Part shown: positions 1 to 11,174 of the stretch, piece after piece
How positions within the stretch are numbered: the first letter of the stretch is position 1
Layout: every line of letters starts with the position of its first letter
Assembly: GCA_964016885.1 (NCBI GenBank)
Contig: OZ024740.1
Location: forward strand, 129,022,001-129,086,000
DNA from: Eledone cirrhosa
Taxonomy: Eukaryota
Length of the DNA stretch: 64,000 nt
Reading direction: 5' to 3'
Program-made: the position numbers and the translations under genes
Notes under the pieces: generated by a model
Database searches by the model: none
The model's input: the letters and a program-made list of their open reading frames with translations, nothing else
Told to the model about the DNA's origin: nothing

Positions 1-1486
1 AGTATTTCTGTTGCAGTTTATTTTTTCTTCAAATGTTAAAATGTTACGTCATTCCACTATTTGTTTCGCAAAGTTTCATATACGTCTCTTCTTTTTATAT
101 TTAGTATATATTCCTGTTTCTCTAGATTTCGGTGACTTACAAGTTGGACAATTGTGTTTGTGTATGTAGTGATACGAAACAATTTGTTATACGTTTCCTG
201 AGGCTATGTTTTGTACTACTTCGTCAATATGCACCTTATGTCGTTTGATTCTAACTTTTACTTGTTTCTAGTAATTTTACAGTCCATTAAGATTCATTAC
301 GCAAATGGGTGACTAATTTATATATTCGCCCCCGTTATTATATAGATCCAAGCACGTGACGATTGTGCATAAGGTTATGTATACAATATTATTCGTTTGA
401 TTATATGTGTTCAGGCCATATATTGTAGACAAGAGATGTAACATATTCCCTCAACTCACATATTGCACCGTTACTTATGTCGTATATTATACAATTACAA
501 ATCGAAAATCACCCATTTAAAATATATCCAACAAGGGAAGAGGAAGACGTGGAAATTCACTAACGCAATAGAAAGGTATTAACATTACTTTCTTTAATTT
601 AATATTTTGTAAATAAATATTTTCTGAATTTCCACTTTAGCAGAGTGTTGTAGTAGTTCCAGGTCTCTATCAAATTGTTCTTTCAACTTTGTTACAAAGC
701 TTGTATCTAATGTAATTACACGCAAGATAAACGTTAATAAAACAAATATATAAATTAACCACGTAGAACTAACATCCAGACAACTTCATTGTAGTCACCT
801 AGGTAAAGCATTGTTATCTTGAAGCAGAGGAAATTATTTATATCTAATAACATTATTTTTTTGTGTATTTATGACAACTGTTTGTCTACAGTTGATTTTT
901 TTTCCATCGTGATTTATGGATAATCTAATAAGTATAAAGTTTGATGGTTATAAATTACTCAAAAACTGTTGTAAGAATAATAATATATAGTTTCCAAGAG
1001 GCAAAAACAACAATAACAATCCATCGACGCAAATAAAATGAATATAATATTGAATCAACTAAAATGCGTCGTACATAAACGATTGAATCAGCAATATAGA
1101 GCTTACTAAGTTCTATACGTATGGATAGTCTTTTCGCTCCACACATTTAAGGTCGTATTTTATATAGAGGCATAACGGGAATATACATATATATTCTTGC
1201 TCAAACTCTCACATACAACGGGAAAAGCTCTCACATACACACACTCACGTACACCTACAAACATACACAAACACCACCTTCAGTCTTCCCCGCTTCGATC
1301 CCCCGCCTCCCTCTCCCAACTCCACCCCCAACACCCTTTCCCGCCTCACACCCTTCCACCACTTGTTCATCTTACCGTTTATTCTTATGTTTATTTTAAC
1401 GTTTATTTTTATTTTTATTTGTTCTCCTTCCCCCTTTTTTCTAAATGTATTTCCACACACCCTCTGAACTCTCATCCTAACCTATT

Positions 1487-1522
1487 TACTCCTGAAGAAG
1501 GGCTTATGCCCGAAACGTCGGC
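1487..1522 (+). ncRNA. Minimal type I hammerhead ribozyme motif in a PLE pseudo-LTR
   Basis: CTGAAGA (1492-1498), extra A, stem II GGGC-TTAT-GCCC, GAAAC, GTC. Stem III is a palindromic ACGT and stem I is weak. Followed by an AATAAA-containing tail ending in (TA)n. Confidence 0.65.
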
Positions 1523-1665
1523 TCACCCATTACACTCTCAAAAGCGTGAACCTAATAAACCTTTATTTGTCTGCTTCTCTGTTTTGTTCCCGTATAAATT
1601 TGCACTATATATATATATATATATATACGCAGACACACACAGACGCACAACACACACACACACGC

Positions 1666-1760
<95 letters not shown>

Positions 1761-1841
1761 CATATATATATATAAGATACATATAGAAATACGAAACAAG
1801 AACACAGTGGAGTCAAGTAAAATAGTGAAGTAGATGCGAAG

Positions 1842-2066
1842 TTACCTTAGCAATTTTTAAAGATCCCAGATTGCTTCGAATTTGCCATCCATTATCAAGC
1901 AGAGTACGTAAGAAAGACCTGAGATAGAAATCTGAAATATAAATTTAATCAGACAGCCGCCTACTATGATTCTTAGGTTTCTTTCTGAAGTCTCCCCTAC
2001 GAACTCCGCTTGATAATGGATGGTTAAACTGAAAATATTTGGGATCATTAAAAATTGGCACGGTAA
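1842..2066. mobile_element. MITE-like imperfect hairpin element
   Basis: Roughly 70-bp imperfect terminal inverted repeats (ttacc..aatttttaaagatccca..ccatccattatcaagcagagt versus actccgcttgataatggatgg..tgggatcattaaaaatt..ggtaa). Confidence 0.55.
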
Positions 2067-2371
2067 TTTCCTTTCTTCCTCACTCTTTTACTTTACTTAT
2101 ATTTTTTCTACTTCTGCTTTCTTATTACCTTGGCATTTTAACTAAACACACATCTGTGGGCTTCTAAATAACGAAACTTATTTCTTATTTGTATTTGTAT
2201 CTCTTATTCCATAATGATTCAAGCAATCTACCAGACTTTATTATATATATTCCCGTTTATATATATTAGTAAATACGAAAAGAGTCAGGACCCCGACGGC
2301 TGAGCTCCGGCCTTTTTGGAAGCTAGATCCGAACTCATTCGTAAATACACACACACACATATATATATGTG

Positions 2372-2421
<50 letters not shown>

Positions 2422-2463
2422 TGTGTGTTGGTGTGTGTGTGTGTGTGTATGTGTGTGTGTGTT

Positions 2464-2550
<87 letters not shown>

Positions 2551-3273
2551 CTGTATGAAAGTATATTAGGTTTAAACATTCCTTGTTCCAATTCCCTCTC
2601 TAAATATTTCTATTTTTTGTGTAATTTTGCTTCAAATCTCTTTATTTGCACTGAAACGCACCACTGTATATGACATATTTTTCTCATTCGCTATTCTAAA
2701 CATATTGCTTTCGTTACACGTTTCACTTTTTCCCTTATATTTCCAACGCAAATACTAAGAACAATGCACAGCAGAATTAAAATATTTCTAAAGAAGCAAC
2801 CGAGGCGTAGACAGCTCGCATTAACGGCATTTTTCACAAGAGAGACTTCAAATGCCTCTGAACAATTCTGTTCAGCAAGCGTTATCGAGATTATTCAAGG
2901 ACGATTTCCCGATCGTTGCTGCTAGCAGTCCTCGTGTAAAAGCAAAGCTCTGTTCATTAACTTGCATAAAGTTACGGCCTTTCATTAAGTGGCTGTACTG
3001 TCTCATACAACTTGATCGTGAGCCCAAATATAATTCTGACTAGTCAAATAATTACCGCAAAAGCGAATTAGTTTTCGGTTACTGTATCTGCCGGAAGTTT
3101 GGCTGTTCCGAAAAGGAATATCCCAGTTCGAACAAGGAACCAATCTTTTCAAGAAATCAAAGTTTCTGTAACTGAACGCACGGTTTAGGGATATTCAGCG
3201 TCAAATATTACAAGTGACAGAAGTGTACTAGAGCACAGTGACATATCATCTATTGCTGTTACAATCAATACAT

Positions 3274-3465
3274 TTTCTTCTTCTTCTTCTTCTTCTTCTT
3301 CTTCTTCTTCTTCTTCTTCTTCTTCTTCTTCTTCTTCTTCTTCTTCTTCTTCTTCTTCTTCTTCTTCTTCTTCTTCTTCTTCTTCTTCTTCTTCTTCTTC
3401 TTCTTCTTCTTCTTCTTCTTCTAGTAATACTGCTGCTGCTGCAACTACTACTACTACTACTACCA

Positions 3466-3506
<41 letters not shown>

Positions 3507-3518
3507 GCTACTACTACT
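3274..3518. repeat. Compound (TTC)n + (CTG)n/(CTA)n microsatellite
   Basis: Directly visible. It explains the poly-E/L/R/S ORFs in the track. Confidence 0.95.
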
Positions 3519-3519
3519 T

Positions 3520-3920
3520 CGCCTACATCCCCAGAGAGTAGTAGCGACAGTCTTCAAGCAAATTTCCGATGGCCCTTGTCAGAAGCAACCATCCGCAGTA
3601 GATTCGGCTGGATCCCAAAGCGTGAACAGCAGATCCCAACAATGTTATCCAACCACCTTGCTCGAGATCTAATCTTAGGTCAATTACGGGTTAGTTTTGC
3701 CTACTAAATATGTCTAGCAACCCTTCCGGAGACATTCTAACAAAATCATTTGACTCGGATTGGCAGGAAAACGAAATTTGCTTGACAACTATCTCATTTC
3801 TGCATCAGCTCCTGCAATTTTTGCAGTTAATTCACCTTCCTACTGTCTGCAACCGGCGATTACGCTTCTTAGACATTTCAACGCTGCACCTATTCACATC
3901 TAAAATGCAGTACACATGCA
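3520..3920 (-). mobile_element. 3' end of an RTE-type LINE
   Basis: The minus strand gives ..PKIRSRARWLDNIVGI.., similar to the RTE C-terminal GRPRxRWxD motif, and ends in a (TAG)n-type tandem tail. Confidence 0.5.
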
Positions 3921-3924
3921 GATA

Positions 3925-3979
<55 letters not shown>

Positions 3980-3982
<3 letters not shown>

Positions 3983-4490
3983 GAAGAATAACATGGTAAA
4001 CAGTACAGACAAGGTGATTTATTTAGTCTAACAATTGTTTCCACCTCTTCCTTACTCATCCTTCTTCTCTGCCTTTAATACACCCCCCTCCTTCTTTCTT
4101 TCTATCTGTATCTTTATTATTAATATTATATTTATTTTGATGTGATAGTTTGATTTCGTAACTTTGCCGGTTATACATTTTTAACTATATCTTCGTTCTC
4201 TCTTTCGTCATTTTCTTTTTTATTCTCTCGTTTCCATCTGTCCCCATTCCTCTATTTCTATATCATTAATTCTACTATGTAGTAATTTGAATTTTTAACT
4301 TTACCGTTACGCATTTATTTTGTATTTCTTATTAGTTTCTGATGGAATGATTGAGTTATATGTATTTTAAATTTTATTATGCTGTCTTCAGTGTTTAACA
4401 TTTATATCCAACTCTATCATGGAAACAATTGTAAGACTGTAAATAAATCCCCTTGTCTGTAGTGTTGACCATGTTTTCTTCACTTTTTTA
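3980..4490 (+). mobile_element. Non-autonomous PLE-like insertion with an inverted 5' pseudo-LTR fragment
   Basis: 3980-4043 is the reverse complement of about 4420-4483 (ggaaacaattgt..accatgtt(a)ttcttca). It abuts (TA)n. A related copy lies at 30651-30846. Confidence 0.6.
4334..4438 (+). ncRNA. Type I hammerhead motif with long stem II and palindromic stem III
   Basis: Stem I AGTTT/AGACT; core variant CTGATGG (4339-4345); stem II ATGATtGAGTT/AACTCtATCAT; GAAAC-AATT-GTA. Confidence 0.6.
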
Positions 4491-4574
4491 TTACACCATT
4501 TACATAGGAATAGAAGTGTAGTCATAAACTCATCAGCAACGTAAACCTCTTGTTGAGTCAGATAGCACCGTACG

Positions 4575-5030
4575 CTTAAACATTTCGAAGACCTTACGCT
4601 ATTGTTTTAGAGTAGTGACAGTCTCACTTTCTTCAATTTTCAGCAAACAGGGGAGATAAAACTGACAGAACTCTGTTTCGTACTTTTTGGTAATTAGCTT
4701 TGATAAGTACCAAAAAGTACGAAACAGAGCTCTGTCAGCTTTAGCACCCCTGCTTGCTGAAAATTGATGTAAGTGAGACTGTCACTACTCTAAAACAATA
4801 GCCTAAGAACTTCGAAATGCTTTTAATTAAGCATACAATGTATTGTAAAATACACTATATATACATTCATATATATATCGCTATTTCAGAGCACCAATTC
4901 TAATTTCCAACTTTTGCTTGACCGGCAACCGCTCTGTATAATCAGTTCCTGATTATTACTGGAATTCTATGAGAATCCAACATTCATAAATTTCAGCAAA
5001 CAGGCTATTTCAGAGCACCAATTCTAATGT
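4575..5030. repeat. Fold-back copy of a roughly 320-bp repeat family (also at 52360-53310)
   Basis: Inverted arms centred near 4698 (ctctgtttcgtactttttggta / taccaaaaagtacgaaacagag). The sequence matches the 52.4-53.3 kb units. Confidence 0.8.
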
Positions 5031-5120
5031 TCATATATATATGTACATATATATATATATTGTAAAATACATATGAATGTATATATAGTGTATTTTACAA
5101 TATATATATATATGTACATA

Positions 5121-5173
5121 GAGATTCCTGATGATTTCTAATGAATGAAACAGTTCTAGTCCTGTAGAATCTC
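5121..5173 (+). ncRNA. Type I hammerhead ribozyme
   Basis: Stem I GAGATTC/GAATCTC (7 bp, perfect); CTGATGA 5128-5134; stem II TTC-taat-GAA; GAAA; stem III ACAG-ttctagtc-CTGT; cleavage triplet GTA at 5164-5166. Confidence 0.85.
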
Positions 5174-5254
5174 ATCTATATTAAAACTGTTATACTCTGC
5201 TATGTATTGAGTACCTTACTTACTGTGGTTACCTCCGATTCAACCCGGAATAAC

Positions 5255-5313
<59 letters not shown>

Positions 5314-5433
5314 TTGAAAATATTAATAAAAATAGACATTCATGTAATCAAATATATTTTATTTTATATATGTTGGGAGTACTGTGCTGTTTCCTGAGTA
5401 CGTCCTCATCAGATAATATATATATATATATAT

Positions 5434-5605
5434 AGGAACATGTAAGACCCCGATAGCTGAGCTCAAGCCGTTTCGACGGCTAATTCTGGACGGCTTGAGC
5501 TCAGGCGTCGGGGTCTTACTTGTTCCTATTACCCACTCTACTACCCTAAGTATTGAGTACTTTGGTGCGTTATGGTCCACCTGGTTCCTTACCACATTTC
5601 CTTCG

Positions 5606-5610
<5 letters not shown>
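5434..5610 (+). mobile_element. PLE pseudo-LTR tail with a 5' fold-back hairpin (family also at about 2283-2340, 18090-18150, 32745-32900)
   Basis: ggaacatgtaagaccccgatagctgagctcaagccgt / acggcttgagctcaggcgtcggggtcttacttgttcc inverted pair. Flanked by (TA)n on both sides. Confidence 0.6.
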
Positions 5611-5645
<35 letters not shown>

Positions 5646-6192
5646 AAATGAAGTAATTCCGTCGGAAAAGTCCAGGAAAAAAGAGTGCTCTATGTAAGCA
5701 ACAGAGCTTAATTATTATTATGTAATAAACAACATAAGGCAATTATTCCATTTACCAGTGGTTTCTTGTATATATATGTGTGTGTGTACGTTTGTATTTA
5801 TGTATATATATGTGTGTTTATGTATGCATATATGTGTGTGTGTGCATATAGTTGTATACACATGTGTGTGTGTATAGATTGTACACTTGTGCGTGGTTAT
5901 GCATGTATGCGTATGTATGCGGTTATGTATTTGTATTTGAACATTTTTTTATGTGTGAGAGTGTGTGAATGCGTTGACTATTTCGTGCGTATGTATATGT
6001 GCTTTTGTGTGTGTTTCTTACCACGCTTGTCTGTCCAGTTTGCTGCCTTATGTAACGGGTCTCAATATTTTTATAATATATATATATATATTTTTTCTTA
6101 TATTTATTTGCGTGTGTGAATATGTAGAGGAGTGCATTTATGTATGTGTATGCATGTACGTGTGTATATATGCTTGATTGTGTGAATGTATG

Positions 6193-6269
<77 letters not shown>

Positions 6270-6508
6270 GTGAGGGTATGGCTATGTGTACGTATGTGTA
6301 TGCGTGTACACACGCGCATACATGTATATATATATATATGTGTATATATATGCGTGTGTATATGTGTGTGTGTGTGTGTGTATATGTGTGTGTATATATG
6401 CATATGTGTGTGTGTATGGGTGTGTGTGTATGTGTGTGTGTGTATATGTATATATGTATGCGTGTGTGTGTGTATATGTATATATGTATGCGTGTGTGTG
6501 TGTAGATA

Positions 6509-6558
<50 letters not shown>

Positions 6559-7083
6559 AATGTTTGTATATGTTTGTTCTTAGAGGAACAAAGGCAGACA
6601 GATTTCTGTATTCAGATTGGAGCCAATCCTTATCATTAGTTTTCTCTTTAGCTTACAGGTGTCTGTAAGATCAGTATGGGGTCAGTCATGGTAGATAGTT
6701 TTGGAGGAAGGGGAGATTCCTTAAAAGCTAAATTCTTAAAGGTTCTAGTAAATTGACGAAGGTTTAGGGAATTCTGTAGACATTTTCTAAGTATAATCTA
6801 TACAACTGTAGCCATAAATTCACGAGACACTTTCAACAGAACATACCCTGCGCGTATGCGCGCATGCACGCACACATATGTGTATGGGGGAAATATATTT
6901 ATATTTGTATACGCGTGCGTGCGTGCGCGCATACGCATGCGTGTGTGTGTATGTATGTGTTTGTATACATACACAGATTCTCATCTGTATTATAACCTTC
7001 ATGCTCTGCGGTGTACTGAGTGCCTTGCTTACTGTGGCTGCCTCCGATTCAACCCGGAATAACGTGTGTGTGTATGCGCGTGT

Positions 7084-7123
<40 letters not shown>

Positions 7124-7345
7124 GTGTATCTGTGGTTGTATGGGTAGTCTTATTTTATTTTTATTTTTCCTTTCCTTCTTCCTTCTCCAGCCTCACTTTC
7201 ATATAGCTTACCTTTTTTGTTTTTAAGATCCAAATTCAATAAACAAACCAGGATTTTTTCATTCTGAGGATTGAAAGCAAAATCTTTTGCTTTTAAGAAA
7301 CCACTGGTAAATGGAATAATTGCCTTATGTTGTTTATTACATAAT

Positions 7346-7428
<83 letters not shown>

Positions 7429-7518
7429 AATATATATATATATGTATACATATATATATGCATATATATGCCTGTATACATATGTATATATCATATTATT
7501 ATTATTATTAAAACTATA

Positions 7519-7740
7519 GGGCGAGGGATGGCAGTACCGGTAGAGAGTCGGCCGCCATGCTTTGCAGAATTGAGTTACGGTCCTTTAGTGTCTGAGTTCA
7601 AATCAGGCCGAGATTATCTTTGCCTTTCATCCTTACGGCGTCGATAAAATAAAGTACCAGTCATGAACCGGGGGCGATTTAATCGACATTCCCCTCCCCC
7701 AGAATTACTGTCCTTTTCCCTATATAGGAAACCATTATTA
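7519..7740 (+). mobile_element. tRNA-derived SINE (abundant family)
   Basis: GGCAG..GGTAGA A-box-like head, B-box GAGTTCAAATC and conserved ctttgcctttcatccttacgg..tcgataaaataaagtaccagt core. About 11 copies in the window. Confidence 0.85.
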
Positions 7741-7749
7741 AAACTATAC

Positions 7750-7940
7750 GGTGGATTGACAGTATCGGCAGATCGTCAAACACCATGCATTGCAGCATAG
7801 TGTTACGGCCCTTTACGTTCTGAATTTAAATCCTGCTTCGGTTGATTTTGCCATTCATCCGTTCGGGGTCGGTAAAATAAAGCACCAGTAATGCAATGGG
7901 ATAATTGCAAGCCTTGTGCCAAAAGTCGAAACAATTATTA
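7750..7940 (+). mobile_element. tRNA-derived SINE copy
   Basis: Tandem second copy with the same head, core and gaaacaattatta tail. Confidence 0.8.
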
Positions 7941-8274
7941 ACACGATATAATTATATATAATAGAATAAGGAGATAGATTAAAACATTAAAATATAGAAA
8001 AGTATAAAGAGAAAAATCTGGTAATTTAGTAGCTTCTACACAAATTGCCGCATTGAAACGTTCGTAGAGATTTATGAATAAATAATAATGTATTATACTT
8101 GGCTATCTTCAAATTCGGATTTTAAATGATCGACTAACTAAAATGCTCTTAATTAATCCTTGTTTTCAATATTGAAGACCAGACGATGGTAACGTGCATC
8201 AAGCTTATCTCATATTACCTATTACCCATCGATATGGTGAATTAGAACACTATAATCTAATACATACGCACGTG

Positions 8275-8308
<34 letters not shown>

Positions 8309-8313
8309 CATGC

Positions 8314-8346
<33 letters not shown>

Positions 8347-8385
8347 TATATACACTCAAACACACTCATATGTATATATATATAA

Positions 8386-8440
<55 letters not shown>

Positions 8441-8615
8441 GTCAAACACACGCATGTGTATATATATATATATATATATATTGTTATACTTTGGGAGGGT
8501 CATGTTGCCAATAAGAAACACACGCACCAGTAGCTTTCACTTCAATTTATTATAATAAATTTATAAATTTAGGAACTTATAAATTTATAAATTTCTGGTT
8601 GGTTGGTTGGTTCTA

Positions 8616-8684
8616 CAACCAGATAGTTGTTTATATATTGTAAAAGTTCTTTCGTCACACATTATGTGACCTCATCAGTGACTG
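8616..8684 (-). ncRNA. Hammerhead-like motif (left arm)
   Basis: CAGTCA-CTGATGA-G-GTCACA-taatg-TGTGAC-GAAA...TC-TGGTTG. Stem III pairs poorly. Confidence 0.55.
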
Positions 8685-9901
8685 GGGGATTCTTTTCTTT
8701 GTGTTTGTGCCTCTCCTTTGTTCTGTCCTACGCCATTTTGTTTCTGTGTGTGGGTTGTGCCTCAATCTGCGCATGCGCCACATCCGGTTGTCTGTGTGTG
8801 TTTATATTTGTTTATTTATTTGTTTATTTATATGTTACCGGTTGGTTGTTTGTTCTATGTGTGTGTGTTTTCATTTTGTCCTTAATTGTAAGTCGTGATG
8901 TTGCTGTTCCACTCATATTTTCTATTTAATTTTGGTTGTAATTATTTTATGTTTATTGCCTCTGTGATTTGTCTAAACATTGCATCTTTTCTGTGTGTGG
9001 ATTCTATTTTTATTTCTATGTTCTCTAATTTACCCTTATGTTCTATTTTAGCATGTTGGTAGAGTACAGATGATTCTTTACTACCTTGAAGGTCTCGCCA
9101 GTGTTCATTTATCCGTTCCCCTACACTACTGGCTGTCTCACCTATGTACACTATATTTTTGTCTCTACATTGTCCTTCAGTACATCGTATGCTATACACT
9201 ACATTTCTAGTTTTACAGTTAATATGGGGGCTTATTTTACAGGTTATACATTTCTTATCTATACAGGGGGTTCTTTGAAAAGGGTATGTCTTGCTAATAA
9301 GTGTTTTTCAACAACCACCCTGTATAGATAAGAAATGTATAACCTGTAAAATAAGCCCCCATATTAACTGTAAAACTAGAAATGTAGTGTATAGCATAAG
9401 ATGTACTGAAGGACAATGTAGAGACAAAAATATGGTGTACATAGGTAAGACAGCCCGTAGTGTTGGGGAACGGATAAATGAACACTGCTGAGACCTTCAA
9501 GATAGTAAAGAATCATCTGTACTCTACCAACATTCTAAAATAGAACATAAGGGTAAATTAGAGAACATGGAAATAAAAATAGAATCCACACACAGAAAAG
9601 ACGCAATGTTTAGACAAATCACAGAGGCAATAAACATAAAATAATTACAACCAAAATTAAATAGAAAATATGAGTGGAACAGCAACATCACGACTTACAA
9701 TTAAGGACAAAATGAAAACACACACACATAGAACAAACAACCAACCGGTAACATATAAATAAACAAATAAATAAACAAATATAAACACACAGAGACACCC
9801 GGATGTGGCGCATGCGCAGACTGAGCACACAACACACACACAGAAACAAAATGGCGTAGGACAGAACAAAGGAGAGGCACAAAAACAAAGAAAAGAATCC
9901 C

Positions 9902-9970
9902 CAATCACTGATGAGGTCACATAATGTGTGACGAAAGAACTTTTACAATATATAAAGAACTATCTGGTTG
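9902..9970 (+). ncRNA. Hammerhead-like motif (right arm)
   Basis: Stem I CAATCA/TGGTTG; CTGATGA 9908-9914; stem II GTCACA/TGTGAC; GAAA 9933-9936. Stem III is non-canonical. Confidence 0.55.
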
Positions 9971-10162
9971 TGGAACCAACCAACCAACCAGAAATTTATA
10001 AATTTATAAATTCCTAAATTTATAAATTTACTATAATAAATTGAAGTGAAAGCAACTGGTGGGTGTGTTTCTTATTGTCAACATGACCCTCCCAAAGTAT
10101 AACAATATCGGTTTCAACACACGATTTCAGATAAAGAATCTTGCTAAACAAATTCAGAAACG

Positions 10163-10219
<57 letters not shown>

Positions 10220-10244
10220 TACATATATATATATATGTATATAT

Positions 10245-10304
<60 letters not shown>

Positions 10305-11031
10305 ATACATGCGTGCCTGTGTGTGTATGTTGGTGTGTTCGAATGCATACAATCATATGTACACGCATGCGGGAATGACTATTCTTATATGAATGTGTCT
10401 TGCCCTAATGGTGTGTTCTCTGTTCTCAATCTCCTTTCCTATTCTTTGTTATTCAATATATATTTGCCTATCACGTTCATAGTAAACAATTTCCATTGTT
10501 ATATCTTGTCACATGAGGCAAATTACTTCACACAAACAATACAAAGATCTTCAACATCATGAACATTAACATCTACATCAGCAATATGTCATTATTACTT
10601 CTCGCAAAAGCAGCTAAATATAATCAATACATTATTGATTCAGATATTCAATTTCGCAGATCGACGTTTAAGCTAAGAAAATAATCCATTACTTGAACGT
10701 CATGCATGAAATATGGCAGCCAATGCTATATTCCGTAGTTCGTATTTGCATTTCTCCTGGGCTATACTGCTTTTATTTTATTTCATTTCTTTCTTTCTTT
10801 ATATGTTCTACATCCCATATCTACTCACTGCCACACCTATCTACCATTATAACATTCTTTAATTCCCTAAATCGTTTTTCTTTCTATTTTATTATTTATT
10901 TTTGGCACACCTTACAGTTCGATGTTGTTGTTTATGTCTTACACTTTACGTTTGACATTATTTGAATTATCAATTGGCTGTACTGCTGTTGATGTTATTT
11001 ATACTACAACTACTACTACTACTACTACTAC

Positions 11032-11094
<63 letters not shown>

Positions 11095-11174
11095 CAGTAG
11101 TAGTAGTAGTAGGAGGACGGTGAGGAGTGAAGAAGAAGAAGAAGAAGAAGAAGAAGAAAAAAAAAGAGGAAGTA

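Larger units (their letters stand above)
8478..10165. mobile_element. Palindromic PLE remnant (Neptune-type GIY-YIG endonuclease plus pseudo-LTR on both arms)
   Basis: 8478-9270 is the reverse complement of about 9312-10107. Each arm encodes CxxxxCxxC..CKTRNVVYSIRC..C..YIG(E/K)T..RINEH..H..RQITEA..LN. The right arm has an extra tail to about 10165. (TA)n on both sides. Confidence 0.9.

Noticed and set aside
2790-3190. Higher-GC segment with a 63-aa ORF
   Set aside because: No motif or splice-site support.
5375-5415. Minus-strand CTGATGA..GAAAC..GTA
   Set aside because: Core words are present but stems I and II do not pair convincingly. At best a truncated remnant.
9486-9491. In-frame TGA in the GIY-YIG frame as possible selenocysteine recoding
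   Set aside because: The opposite arm has CGA (Arg) at this position, so it is an ordinary CpG decay mutation and not at a Cys position.
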